From Deltaproteobacteria bacterium (GTDB lineage: Bacteria; Bacillota; Clostridia; Acetivibrionales; UBA4821), in NCBI GenBank assembly GCA_050258375.1, contig JBLMYQ010000029.1:1569-65568 (forward strand): a DNA stretch of 64,000 nucleotides, given 5' to 3'. Below are positions 52,609 through 62,777 of the stretch, one piece after another. The notes beneath the pieces were generated by a model. That model made no database searches. It had not been told where the DNA came from and saw only the letters and a list, made by a program, of their open reading frames with translations. Position 1 is the first letter of the stretch. Every line of letters starts with the position of its first letter. A program made the translations under genes and the position numbers.

Positions 52609-53166
52609 ATGAATAAGAGAAAGGTTATTGTAGTTACAGATGGTGATGACTATGCCCGTGCAGCAGTTGAAAGCGCAGTCAGCAAAAATGGTGGCCGGTG
52701 TATATCCTTATCAGCAGGGAATCCCACCACCCTAACCGGTTCAGAAATTGCAGAGCAGGTTATGATTGCCAAGCACGACCCTGTGGTAATAATGGTTGAT
52801 GATAATGGAAATAGAGATAAGGGAAAAGGTGAAACTGCATTAAGGTCTTTTGCCTCATTTCCGCAAATTGAAATAATCGGTGCTCTTGCTGTTGCTGCGA
52901 CAGGACATGGCAAATCTGGAATAAAGGTTAATTGCTCGATTTCAAGAGAAGGGAAAAAAGTGGATTCCGCTGTTGATAAAGAAGGTGTGCCAATAGAAGG
53001 AAATGAAGTCTTTGGAGATACTGTAGATATACTTAATGAAATCAATATTCCCTATATAGTTGGAATAGGTGATCCAGGAAAAATGAATGGCTTTGATGAT
53101 CCATTAAAAGGCTCACCAATAACCACCCTGGCAATAAAAACAATTCTGGATCAATATCCTGTATGA
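52609..53166 (+). CDS. Stage V sporulation protein AE, soluble (SpoVAEa-like)
   Basis: KRKVIVVTDGD..A, GGRCIS.SAGNPT, GIGDPGKM. Confidence 0.8.
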   Translation: MNKRKVIVVTDGDDYARAAVESAVSKNGGRCISLSAGNPTTLTGSEIAEQVMIAKHDPVVIMVDDNGNRDKGKGETALRSFASFPQIEIIGALAVAATGHGKSGIKVNCSISREGKKVDSAVDKEGVPIEGNEVFGDTVDILNEINIPYIVGIGDPGKMNGFDDPLKGSPITTLAIKTILDQYPV

Positions 53167-55421
53167 ATATCACATTCTTTCTTTGGTGCTTCATAAATTG
53201 CATCTTTAGGTAAAGGAGCACTACTATCAATAGGTGTATAAGGTTCAAGTCTTTGAATCCTAATTACTGAAGTAACTTTTTCCGGTGGACAATTAACTGT
53301 AGCTATTTTTTTGCTATCACTACAGATATTCACTTTTAAGTGAGTCTTACAGATTTCTGTTGGCTCTGTCCCCTGAATAAATTTCTCTTTTCTAACCCTA
53401 TTACCTCTTGGGTCATGTGAACAATATTCTCCAGGCAGTAATCCTGAATCAATACAAATATTAGCTGTTATTATACCGCTTGGCTCAACGAAATCCTTTA
53501 CAGGTAAGTTCTTATGTGCTTTTTCCATTACTGTTTTCCAAATCTTTGCTGAATAATTTGCACTTCCGGGAATAGATCTTTTCCTGCCGTCATCGTTTTC
53601 ATAGCCAAACCATGCAGCTCCAACATAGTAAGGTGTAAATCCTACAAACCATCTGTCTACATTCTCTGATGTGGTTCCTGTTTTTCCTGCTGCAGGCATA
53701 TTTTGTAATTTTGCAGAACCTCCTGTTCCCTCATTAACAGCATTCTTCATCATATCTGTCAAAATATATGCCGCTCTCTCATCCATAACCTTTGTAAGAT
53801 TTTGCTTTTTCTCTAAAAGAACTTTACCATTTTTATCCTTTACTTTAGTATATAGTATTGGCTTCGAATAATATCCGCCATTTGCTATAGCAGTATAAGC
53901 CGCAGCCATTTTCAAAGGCGATACCCCTTCAGTCAATCCGCCAAGAGCAAGTGCTTCAGGTAAATATTTATCCTGCCCTGCTAATTTATTTAACCCTAAA
54001 TTGTTCAAAAAATCATATGACCTATCAGGTCCTACCTTCATCCAGACTTTTACAGCTACAACATTCATTGAATCAGTAATAGCCCTCCTTATTGTTGAAA
54101 GTCCCCTGAAACCATCTTTATATGAATTACGCGGTGACCAATTTCCAATCCTTATTGGTACATCATCAATTACTGTAGCCGGTGTAATAAGCCCCATATC
54201 CAGTGCAGGACCATATACTGCAATAGGCTTAATACTAGAACCAGGCTGTCTCTTTAAATGAACTGCTCTGTTAAATGTCATTACACCTGTTTTCGGTCCA
54301 TATCCTCCACACAAACCTACCACATAACCATTAGTATAATCCATAACAACCATTGCAGACTGAGGTTGAACAGATTTTCCACTAAATTGCGCAAATACAG
54401 AATTCTTTGGTGAATATGCTTCATCTATTGCTTCCTGAACCTTTGAATCCATAGTTGTATCTATCAATAAACCTTCATTAAAAAGCATTTCTTGTGCTCT
54501 TTTCTTTTCAATTCCCAGTTCTGACTGCAAATCACTCAACACCTGCTCGCACACTGCATCTATAAAATAAGACTGACGCGCAACCTTAACTACCTTTCCT
54601 TTTTTAATCTTTATTTTATCATTTGATGCTTCATTATACTGCTGCTCTGTTATAAAACCTTGCTCTTTCATTTTTGCCAGTACAAGCTCCTGCCTTTCTT
54701 TAGAAGCTTGAAAATCCGTTATCGGATTTCTTCTGCTTGGTGATTGAGTAATTCCTGCAAGCATAGCAGACTCAGCTATAGTCAAATCCTTTGCTTCTTT
54801 ATCAAAATAGGTTCTTGCTGCTGTTTCAACGCCATAAGCATCTTGACCAAGAAATATAGTATTTAAATACAATTCGATGATTTGGTCTTTAGAAAGCTTC
54901 TGTTCCAACATTATTGCTCTAATCTGTTCCTGCAGCTTTCTTTTAATTGAAACTTCCCTTTCATTAGTTATATTCTTAATCAGCTGCTGAGTTATGGTAC
55001 TTCCCCCATACTGCTTGCCACCAGGTATTATATAATTTATAGCCGCACCTATTGACCTTTTTATATCAATGCCTCCATGCTCACGGAATCTCTCATCCTC
55101 AATTGCTATGAAAGCATTTGGCAGATACTGAGACATTTCATTCAATCTTACAACAATTCTGTTTTGATATCCAAAGACTTTTACAATTTCTTTTCCATCT
55201 TTATCGTAAAATATTGATGACAAATTTTTAAATTCCAAATCATCATTTTCAAGCTCTTGGGTAGTAGTTACCACAGCCAGGAATAATCCCCCACCTAAGC
55301 CAATACATATAGCAACAAAAAAAAGCAGCATAATAAGGAATGCCCTCGAATGAAAAACAAACTTTATAAACCCGCCTTTATTTGTGATTTTCCAGTATTT
55401 GTAGTTTTCTTTTAAACCCAT
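53151..55421 (-). CDS. Class A penicillin-binding protein (PBP1A family)
   Basis: EDERF.EH.G, GGSTITQQL, RQPGSSIK (SxxK), SMN, KTGT. Confidence 0.95.
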   Translation of the reverse strand: MGLKENYKYWKITNKGGFIKFVFHSRAFLIMLLFFVAICIGLGGGLFLAVVTTTQELENDDLEFKNLSSIFYDKDGKEIVKVFGYQNRIVVRLNEMSQYLPNAFIAIEDERFREHGGIDIKRSIGAAINYIIPGGKQYGGSTITQQLIKNITNEREVSIKRKLQEQIRAIMLEQKLSKDQIIELYLNTIFLGQDAYGVETAARTYFDKEAKDLTIAESAMLAGITQSPSRRNPITDFQASKERQELVLAKMKEQGFITEQQYNEASNDKIKIKKGKVVKVARQSYFIDAVCEQVLSDLQSELGIEKKRAQEMLFNEGLLIDTTMDSKVQEAIDEAYSPKNSVFAQFSGKSVQPQSAMVVMDYTNGYVVGLCGGYGPKTGVMTFNRAVHLKRQPGSSIKPIAVYGPALDMGLITPATVIDDVPIRIGNWSPRNSYKDGFRGLSTIRRAITDSMNVVAVKVWMKVGPDRSYDFLNNLGLNKLAGQDKYLPEALALGGLTEGVSPLKMAAAYTAIANGGYYSKPILYTKVKDKNGKVLLEKKQNLTKVMDERAAYILTDMMKNAVNEGTGGSAKLQNMPAAGKTGTTSENVDRWFVGFTPYYVGAAWFGYENDDGRKRSIPGSANYSAKIWKTVMEKAHKNLPVKDFVEPSGIITANICIDSGLLPGEYCSHDPRGNRVRKEKFIQGTEPTEICKTHLKVNICSDSKKIATVNCPPEKVTSVIRIQRLEPYTPIDSSAPLPKDAIYEAPKKECDIHTGY

Positions 55422-55547
55422 ATCTTACCCATTAATCCTTCCCGGATACTATCCTATTATCAGCAAAACTATTATATTACTGGCTTTTAATTTTGTAAAC
55501 AAATCACAACAACTTCCTCCTCAGTATTTACATAAAATATTAAAACA

Positions 55548-55648
55548 TAATTCACATTATGTTAATTATCCACATTATCCACAATTTTGTCCACAGGCTC
55601 AATCCTGTTATTATCTAGGGTTTAACACACTTCTTCACAATATCAACA
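55548..55648 (+). promoter_or_regulatory. DnaA-box cluster
   Basis: TTATCCACA at 55566 and 55575. TTGTCCACA 55587, TAATTCACA 55548, TTTAACACA 55621, TTCTTCACA 55631, ATATCAACA 55640. Confidence 0.8.
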
Positions 55649-55685
55649 TGATAAAATTCGACAAATTTATAAGGTTAACAGCATC

Positions 55686-56693
55686 TTATAGTTTTAGTCC
55701 CGGAACAGCATTAAGATCAAGCGTGCTGGTATATCCGGAAATGTACCTGTAATAAGCAGAGCATCCTATCATTGCAGCATTATCCGTGCATAAAATGGGT
55801 GGTGGGCAGCTGAATTTTATACCCTTTATCTGTGTCTGTTCAACAAACGTTTTTCTCAGCAGTGAATTAGCTGCAACTCCTCCAGCTAATGCAATCTTAT
55901 TAATACCCGTTTGTTCCACAGCAGATATTGTGTTTTCAACCAGTATATCAACCACCGCTCTTTGGAAGCTTGCTGCTAAGTCAGGAATAATTATTTGCTC
56001 TCCCGCCATTTTTATTTTATTCATATGATTTAATACTGCAGTCTTCAAGCCACTAAAGCTAAAATCCAGGCAGTTAGGAAACCGCACTCTGGGAAATAAA
56101 TAAGCATCATCTCGCCCACAGCTTGCTGCCTTATCAATACACGGGCCGCCCGGATAACCAAGCCCCATAGCTCTTGCAATTTTATCAAATGCTTCCCCGG
56201 CGGCATCATCCCGGGTTTGCCCTAATACCTTATAGTCTGTATATGTCTTCACATGAACAATCTCGGTATGTCCTCCGGATACAACCAGGCAAATAAAAGG
56301 AGGTTCAAGCCATTCGTTTTCAATATAGTTGGCAGAAATATGACCTGTAATATGATGAACACCTACCAGCGGCTTTTCAAGAGCAAAAGCAATGGCTTTA
56401 GCAGTTGATAATCCTACAAGCAGCGCTCCCACAAGCCCGGGTCCATAGGTAGTTGCAATAAAATCAATATTTGAAAATTCAACTCCCGCATCACAAAGCG
56501 CTTGTTCAATAACAACACTGATATTCTCAACATGATGTCTGGAAGCAATCTCAGGAACCACACCTCCATATACTTTATGCAGTTCAATCTGTGATGAAAT
56601 TACATTAGAAAGCACTTTTCTGCCACAGGTAACTGCAGCAGAGGTTTCATCACAGCTTGTTTCAATTGCAAGGCAAATCAAATCCTTGTTCAA
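55686..56693 (-). CDS. tsaD: tRNA t6A37 threonylcarbamoyltransferase
   Basis: [40 protein letters not shown]. Confidence 0.98.
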   Translation of the reverse strand: MNKDLICLAIETSCDETSAAVTCGRKVLSNVISSQIELHKVYGGVVPEIASRHHVENISVVIEQALCDAGVEFSNIDFIATTYGPGLVGALLVGLSTAKAIAFALEKPLVGVHHITGHISANYIENEWLEPPFICLVVSGGHTEIVHVKTYTDYKVLGQTRDDAAGEAFDKIARAMGLGYPGGPCIDKAASCGRDDAYLFPRVRFPNCLDFSFSGLKTAVLNHMNKIKMAGEQIIIPDLAASFQRAVVDILVENTISAVEQTGINKIALAGGVAANSLLRKTFVEQTQIKGIKFSCPPPILCTDNAAMIGCSAYYRYISGYTSTLDLNAVPGLKL

Positions 56694-56722
56694 AAAATCA
56701 ACCCCTAATAAATGCTATTTGA

Positions 56723-57373
56723 CTATATCAAGCCAAATAACAAACTAAATATAGTTATTATTGCACCAAAAATAAGCTCTATTGGCCGCGATAATATATA
56801 ACTAAGTACATTAGTCAAAACTAATATTATAAGGATTATAAACCCATATCTTTCAATAGACCTGTATTTTTGTGCTTGATTGTATGGGAGTAAATTAGCA
56901 ATAATGTGTGACCCGTCAAGAGGTGGAATCGGAATCAGATTGAACACAAACAACACTATATTTATTACCATAATATTTTGAATGATCTTTACCAGTATTC
57001 CCTGCTGAGCAGCTTGCAAGGCTCCTATTAACCCAAATTTCAAAGATGCCACTAACAAAAATCCAAAGGCAATTGCAATAAATAAATTCATTAGCGGTCC
57101 GGCTATAGATACTATAACCTCATCTCTTTTAGGCTTTCTGAAATTCCGTGGATCAATAGGTACAGGCTTAGCCCATCCAATATGCGGAGGAATAAAAATC
57201 ATAATAAGTCCTAATATATCAATATGCGGCCATGGCTCAATAGTCAGCCTTCCATATGACCTTGGCGTCGGATCACCAAGCTTGTCAGCTGCAAGTCCAT
57301 GAGCAAATTCATGAAATACAAGACCAATCAAAACCGCCGGTAACATTAATAATACATCAATAAAATAATCCAT
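56723..57373 (-). CDS. Site-2 protease family (M50) metalloprotease
   Basis: HEFAH, GDPTP, AGP, FNLIPIPPLDG. Confidence 0.92.
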   Translation of the reverse strand: MDYFIDVLLMLPAVLIGLVFHEFAHGLAADKLGDPTPRSYGRLTIEPWPHIDILGLIMIFIPPHIGWAKPVPIDPRNFRKPKRDEVIVSIAGPLMNLFIAIAFGFLLVASLKFGLIGALQAAQQGILVKIIQNIMVINIVLFVFNLIPIPPLDGSHIIANLLPYNQAQKYRSIERYGFIILIILVLTNVLSYILSRPIELIFGAIITIFSLLFGLI

Positions 57374-57451
57374 CCTAACTCCTTTAGATTACACGTATTT
57401 TATGCTGGTATTATTTAACCATCAAATACAAACTTTTTCAAGGCTTGTATG

Positions 57452-57503
57452 AAGAAATTAATAAACGGCAATTGCCCAAGCAATTACCGTTTATTAATTT
57501 CTT
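57452..57503 (-). terminator. Long hairpin/terminator after lysS
   Basis: aagaaattaataaacggcaattgc...gcaattaccgtttattaatttctt. Confidence 0.7.
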
Positions 57504-57505
57504 TT

Positions 57506-58987
57506 TTATTCTCTTGGCTTCATTGTCGGGAAGAGCAGTACATCTCTAATCGAATACGAATCTGTCAGAAGCATTATGAATCTGTCTAACCCTATTCCCA
57601 AACCTCCTGTAGGAGGCATACCATATTCAAGTGCATTTACAAAATCATCATCCATCATGTTTGCCTCTTCATCTCCGGCATTTCTGGCTTCAACCTGCTT
57701 TAAGAACCTTTCCTTCTGGTCTATCGGGTCATTAAGCTCGGAATATGCATTTGCCATTTCCCTGCCACATATGAAAAGCTCAAACCTCTCTGTCAATCTT
57801 GTGTCTGAAGGTTTTTTCTTAGTCAAAGGACTGACTTCAACCGGATAATCCGTAATGAATGTAGGCTGTGTTAGCTTTTCCTCTACGTGCTCCTCAAATG
57901 CAAGGTTGAGTATTTCTCCCCAAGTAGACTTATCCTTAATTTCCAGCTTAAGCTCCTTCCCCTTCTTCCTTGCATCTTCATCATTCTTGATTTCGTTGAA
58001 ATCTATCCCTGTATATTTTTTAACTGCATCAATCATGGTGATTCTTGTCCAAGGTGCAGCAAGCTCAATTTCCTGTTCCTGATAAGTAATCTTTGTCTTT
58101 CCCAAGGTTTCTTTTGCAACAGTAGACATTAATTCTTCAGTAATATCCATCATTCCGTTATAATCAGTATACGCCTGATAAAGCTCCATTATACTGAATT
58201 CAGGATTATGCTTAATCGAAATCCCTTCATTTCTGAATACCCTTCCCATTTCATAAACCTTTTCAAGACCGCCAACAATCAGCCTCTTTAGATATAGCTC
58301 CGGCGCAATTCTCAAGTACAAATCAATATCCAGAGTATTATGATGGGTTATAAAAGGTCTTGCAGCTGCACCTCCAGGAATTACATTCAAGATAGGTGTT
58401 TCTACTTCAATAAAACCTTTGCTGTCAAGGAATGTTCTTATAGTCTTCATTATCTTGCTTCTTTTTATAAAGGTATCTCTTACATCGGTATTTACAATTA
58501 AATCTACATACCTTTGTCTATACCTAAGATCAGTGTCCTTAAGCCCATGCCACTTTTCCGGTAATGGCTGAAGCGATTTTGATAAAAGTATTATATCCTT
58601 AACTTTTATTGATATTTCACCTGTATGTGTCTTAAACACATCACCTTTTATACCAACGATATCTCCAATATCATACTTTTTATATTCTTCGTATTTTTCT
58701 TCTCCTACCTCGTCAATCTTTATATAAAATTGAATCTTGCCATCCTGATCCAGAATATTGCAAAAACTCGCTTTTCCCATCATTCTTCTGGCAATAATTC
58801 TTCCTGCAATACTAACCTGCTTACCTTCGAGATTCTCAAAATCATTTACAATTTGGCCAGAAGTATTAGTTCTTTCGTACTTAACATTTATAAATGGGTC
58901 TTTACCTTCTTTTTGTAAGTCACTTAGTTTCTGTCTGCGTATTTTTAGTATCTCATTCAAATCCTGGGTTTCAATATTTTCGTTCAT
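57506..58987 (-). CDS. lysS: Lysine--tRNA ligase (class II)
   Basis: [28 protein letters not shown]. Confidence 0.99.
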   Translation of the reverse strand: MNENIETQDLNEILKIRRQKLSDLQKEGKDPFINVKYERTNTSGQIVNDFENLEGKQVSIAGRIIARRMMGKASFCNILDQDGKIQFYIKIDEVGEEKYEEYKKYDIGDIVGIKGDVFKTHTGEISIKVKDIILLSKSLQPLPEKWHGLKDTDLRYRQRYVDLIVNTDVRDTFIKRSKIMKTIRTFLDSKGFIEVETPILNVIPGGAAARPFITHHNTLDIDLYLRIAPELYLKRLIVGGLEKVYEMGRVFRNEGISIKHNPEFSIMELYQAYTDYNGMMDITEELMSTVAKETLGKTKITYQEQEIELAAPWTRITMIDAVKKYTGIDFNEIKNDEDARKKGKELKLEIKDKSTWGEILNLAFEEHVEEKLTQPTFITDYPVEVSPLTKKKPSDTRLTERFELFICGREMANAYSELNDPIDQKERFLKQVEARNAGDEEANMMDDDFVNALEYGMPPTGGLGIGLDRFIMLLTDSYSIRDVLLFPTMKPRE

Positions 58988-59077
58988 CTAGTTTACATCC
59001 CTTTCATTGTATTTATTTCATTTTCTCTCAAATCTCTCTGACCTTTTTAAATTCGGCTTTATTCTTCCATTCTTTAA

Positions 59078-59237
59078 AGGGACGATAAAATAATAAAACC
59101 CGATTTCCAAGAAAGATATTTTTTGTCAAGACAAGGCGGAGGAAGACGCAATAATTGGTTTATTGCAACTGACGTCAACGCAGTATTGGCAAAAAATAGC
59201 TGCTTAAAAATTGGGAATTTATTGTTTTGTTATCCCT
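59078..59237. mobile_element. MITE/REP-like long imperfect inverted repeat (greA-lysS)
   Basis: Arms aggga..ataaaataataaa..ccgattt..aag..tattttttgtcaa and ttggcaaaaaata..ctt..aattggg..tttattgttttgttatccct around a caaggcggag...gacgtcaacgcag core. Confidence 0.6.
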
Positions 59238-59241
59238 GATA

Positions 59242-59718
59242 TTATTTATGAATTTCTAAAATTCTAATATTTATCACACCATCAGGTACCAAAACCTTTA
59301 CTTCATTTCCAACTGCTTGACCTATGAGAGCCTTTCCCACAGGAGATTCATTTGAAATCTTAAAGCTTGATGGGTCAGCTTCGGTAGAACCTACTATGGT
59401 ATATTCAACCTCTTCATTCTCATCAATATCAAGAACTCTAACCTTTGTTCCCAGACCAACAGTATCTGTGGTTATTTCATCCTCATCAATTACCTTTGCA
59501 TGCTTAAGCATGTTTTCTATATGCGCAATTCTGGCTTCTACATAAGCCTGATCATTCTTTGCCTCATCATACTCTGCATTTTCTGAAAGATCTCCAAATG
59601 CAAGCGCTGCTTTTATTCTCTCTGCAATTTCTCTACGCTTGACGCTTTTAAGATTCTCCAGTTCATCTTCAAGCTTTTTCAGACCTTCATAGGTCAATAT
59701 TACTTCCTTATCATTCAT
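59242..59718 (-). CDS. greA: Transcription elongation factor GreA
   Basis: [24 protein letters not shown]. Confidence 0.98.
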   Translation of the reverse strand: MNDKEVILTYEGLKKLEDELENLKSVKRREIAERIKAALAFGDLSENAEYDEAKNDQAYVEARIAHIENMLKHAKVIDEDEITTDTVGLGTKVRVLDIDENEEVEYTIVGSTEADPSSFKISNESPVGKALIGQAVGNEVKVLVPDGVINIRILEIHK

Positions 59719-59878
59719 TTGATGCTTCTCCTTGAAAGTTTTTTATCTAACCTGAGAGTAATCCCCTTTAGTAAACAAAAATTAATGACAAATTTGTGAC
59801 TTCACTCATTATAAAATACAAAAAAATTATTGTCAAGAATTTAGACGTTTAAAGAGAATAGGTAAATTTTTATTGTTT

Positions 59879-60898
59879 TTAAACGATTTTTGACTTAATC
59901 TTTTCACCAAATTCTGCAAGGGTTTCAGCTTTAATCTCACCTCTTACCCCTTTAACACCACAAAGCTTATAGCCCTCTGCTTTTAGCCCTGCTATTATCC
60001 TTTTCTGCTTTTCTAATAATATAGCTTTGTCTTTAGTACCCTCCCCTGCCAGCCTATACCCTAAAGCCTCACAAAAAGCAGGCTTCTCCATCCATGAATA
60101 CTTTTCACTATCTTTCCTATTAGACTTTATTATTATATCTGTGACTAATATTCCATTATGATTATTATTATAAATTTCAGCACCAAGATTAAGCACTATA
60201 TAATTTCTTGAAAACCTGTTAGAATTTATAAATTCTTTATCCTTACTAAAATTTATTAATATGCCGTAATCCCCTTTTTTGGTTTTTATACTTTTCTCAA
60301 GTCTTACAACCAACCCTATTTCACTGTATATCTCGTTTGCCACTGGTATAAACTTCTCAGAATCAAGTGAAATTATACTTAAAAAGCGAACTTTTGTACA
60401 CAAATCCTTTAAAATGTTTTTAAAGAAATCATCCATTTCATCCAACATCACTGTAACAGAAAGCTTTTGCAAGCTTACCCCTACTTTTTTACATATATAC
60501 TTAAGTATTTCTATAATATACATACTGCAAAAATCTGTTCCATAAAATATTTTAAATGAATCTTCTATTCCCAAAAAGCCTTCTTCTAAAATCATTTTAT
60601 GTACTTCTTCATCAAATATTATTTCTGCAATACCTTTTTTGTTTAAAACCTTCTTTACTCTATTAAGCGCTCTCTGAAATCTGATTCCGGCTATTTCATC
60701 CTTGTTTGCAATCATAAAAGGAAGTTGAATTTCCTCAACTTTCAGCCCCATTTTTTCAAGCGTCACAGTTTTGTGCAATACAGGAGTTATCTCCAAAGCA
60801 TATTTTCTTAAGCTGTTAGGAAGTACCTTTTCAATCCCTCCTGCAAGCTTAATATTTTTATTATTATGAGGGCTGCATATTACTCCAAGTGAATTCAT
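59879..60898 (-). CDS. Hypothetical protein, possible degenerate dehydrogenase/Rossmann-like fold
   Basis: 339-aa ORF with GAAAGG RBS. No clear catalytic motif. Confidence 0.55.
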   Translation of the reverse strand: MNSLGVICSPHNNKNIKLAGGIEKVLPNSLRKYALEITPVLHKTVTLEKMGLKVEEIQLPFMIANKDEIAGIRFQRALNRVKKVLNKKGIAEIIFDEEVHKMILEEGFLGIEDSFKIFYGTDFCSMYIIEILKYICKKVGVSLQKLSVTVMLDEMDDFFKNILKDLCTKVRFLSIISLDSEKFIPVANEIYSEIGLVVRLEKSIKTKKGDYGILINFSKDKEFINSNRFSRNYIVLNLGAEIYNNNHNGILVTDIIIKSNRKDSEKYSWMEKPAFCEALGYRLAGEGTKDKAILLEKQKRIIAGLKAEGYKLCGVKGVRGEIKAETLAEFGEKIKSKIV

Positions 60899-61044
60899 TA
60901 AAAAACCTTTCTCTTGTCTATTGTTATATGTATATATATTAGTATTTTTTAATTTTATTCTTTGGATTTAATTCCGGTATGGACAAAATGTTTTTTACTT
61001 GATATTATTATAGCTAATTAGTTTTATGTATTAGGGAGGTAACT

Positions 61045-61497
61045 ATGTTCACCAAAAGCAGTAACTTGGTTTCAGAAGCATACGACACACTTATCGGAAG
61101 CACAGCTACTCTTGACGGAGACTTCTCCGCAGACGGAAGAGTTAGGATTGATGGCAAAATTAACGGAAATGTCAGAATAAACGGTGATCTAACTATGGGA
61201 GAAACAGCCTTCATACTTGGCAATGTCTCAGCAAATAATATTGATACAGCAGGCAATATTGAAGGAAATGTGTATAGTAAGAAACAATTGAGACTTGCTT
61301 CTACCGCGAAAATCATTGGAGATGTTCAGGTTGAAGGCCTTTCAATAGAAGAAGGCGGTCAGTTTCATGGTATTTGCAGTATGTCCAAATTTGAAAAGGT
61401 TGAAAATTTTGGAGAACCCACTACAATCGACATTGGAGAATCCAATATCTTAAAAAAGAAACCAATTATTAACAGCCCTCAGATAAATAACAACTGA
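61045..61497 (+). CDS. Bactofilin (polymer-forming cytoskeletal protein)
   Basis: TLIG....LDGD....G.VRIDG.I.GNV, I.GD.....LSIEEGG.F.G.C.M. Confidence 0.9.
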   Translation: MFTKSSNLVSEAYDTLIGSTATLDGDFSADGRVRIDGKINGNVRINGDLTMGETAFILGNVSANNIDTAGNIEGNVYSKKQLRLASTAKIIGDVQVEGLSIEEGGQFHGICSMSKFEKVENFGEPTTIDIGESNILKKKPIINSPQINNN

Positions 61498-61498
61498 G

Positions 61499-61534
61499 AA
61501 ACAAAAACGTGACCAATAGTCACGTTTTTGTTTT
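61499..61534. terminator. Bidirectional terminator
   Basis: aaacaaaaacgtgac-caata-gtcacgtttttgttt. Confidence 0.8.
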
Positions 61535-61545
61535 AAAAATAAGCT

Positions 61546-62517
61546 TCAGCTCAAATATTTTTCAGCGTTTTCCAAAGAGCCATGAAGCGCAGCATTTATG
61601 CCTCCTGCAACCACCTCTGAAATATTTGAAACTATAGAGTCTATTTCCTTTGGGGTTACAACCAGCTCCCCAACATATGGAGCCAACACCTCTTTTATTA
61701 ACTGCATCTTATCTCCATTTTCCGCTTTGCCAAAAATCCTATTAAAATCCTCCTGCTTTCCATACTGCTCCATCATCCTTTGCATCATTAAATCCAATGT
61801 ATCATTTGCCAAAGTAACCGCATCAACCACTGTAGGTATACCAATAGCAATAACCGGAATTCCAAGTGTTTCTTTGTTTAATTCCATTCTTTTGTTTCCG
61901 ACCCCAGAGCCCGGACTTATTCCTGTATCAGCAATCTGTATTGTAGTACTTATTCGCTCCATTTTTCTTGAAGCTAATGCATCTATCGCTATTACAACGT
62001 CAGGTTTAATCTTTTCAATTACTCCTTTTATTATTTCGCCCGTTTCTATTCCCGTTATGCCCAGAACACCAGGCGCAATAACACTTACCGATCGGGTTCC
62101 TTTTTCAATATACTCACTCGCATATTCAATAAGGTGTCTGGTAACAGCAATCTTCGAAATAACCTTCGGACCAAGAGCATCAGGTGTTACATTCCAATTG
62201 CCCAAACCGACAATTAATACAGAAGCCTCATTACCCGTATTCATAATTCTTGTAATTTCTTTCGCCAGTGCATCTACAACCTTATCGTTAATCTCCTTTA
62301 TTCCTTGATTAAGCTCTGGTACCTCAAGGGTAATATAGTTACCAATAGGTTTACCCATTGCCTCTACTCCCTCAGAAGTCTTTATTTTTACCCTTGTTAT
62401 ACTAAGCTCATTCTGATTATCTGTTTCAACCTCAACCCCAGGAACCTCAATCTGATTACTTTTTTTGTAAAGCTCCCGTGTTTCAAGAGCCAAGTCTGTT
62501 CTGATACTGTGCGGCAT
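61546..62517 (-). CDS. gpr: Germination protease GPR
   Basis: IRTDLALE, GLGNWNVTPDALGP, IDALAS, VTPKEID. Confidence 0.97.
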   Translation of the reverse strand: MPHSIRTDLALETRELYKKSNQIEVPGVEVETDNQNELSITRVKIKTSEGVEAMGKPIGNYITLEVPELNQGIKEINDKVVDALAKEITRIMNTGNEASVLIVGLGNWNVTPDALGPKVISKIAVTRHLIEYASEYIEKGTRSVSVIAPGVLGITGIETGEIIKGVIEKIKPDVVIAIDALASRKMERISTTIQIADTGISPGSGVGNKRMELNKETLGIPVIAIGIPTVVDAVTLANDTLDLMMQRMMEQYGKQEDFNRIFGKAENGDKMQLIKEVLAPYVGELVVTPKEIDSIVSNISEVVAGGINAALHGSLENAEKYLS

Positions 62518-62580
62518 AATACCCTCCTAGAAAATAAGATGGTATTATTATTAGATTTTTTTAACAAAAATATAAGGATC

Positions 62581-62777
62581 TAAAGAAAAAACAATTTATT
62601 GATCAAACTTCAACGACAATAATGGGATACCCCCAAGCTGGATAATTCGAAACTATCTAGTCAGAAGGGACCTTAGAATTATCCAGCATTGCTATCTTGA
62701 AGTTTTAGATATAAATTCGTTTTTTCTTTAAGAATATAAGAAAAATAATTTATTGACTAAACTTCAATAACAACAAT
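62581..62777. repeat. 150-bp imperfect inverted repeat plus a third direct copy of one arm (holA-gpr)
   Basis: taaagaaaaaac-aatttat..aaacttcaa pairs with ttgaagtttt..ataaattcgttttttcttta. Inner stem gctggataattc/gaattatccagc. Arm repeated at 62738-62777. Confidence 0.65.

Noticed and set aside
55548..55648. oriC
   Set aside because: No adjacent dnaA, dnaN, rpmH or gidA, and no change in gene-orientation bias across the site. Kept as a DnaA-box cluster only.
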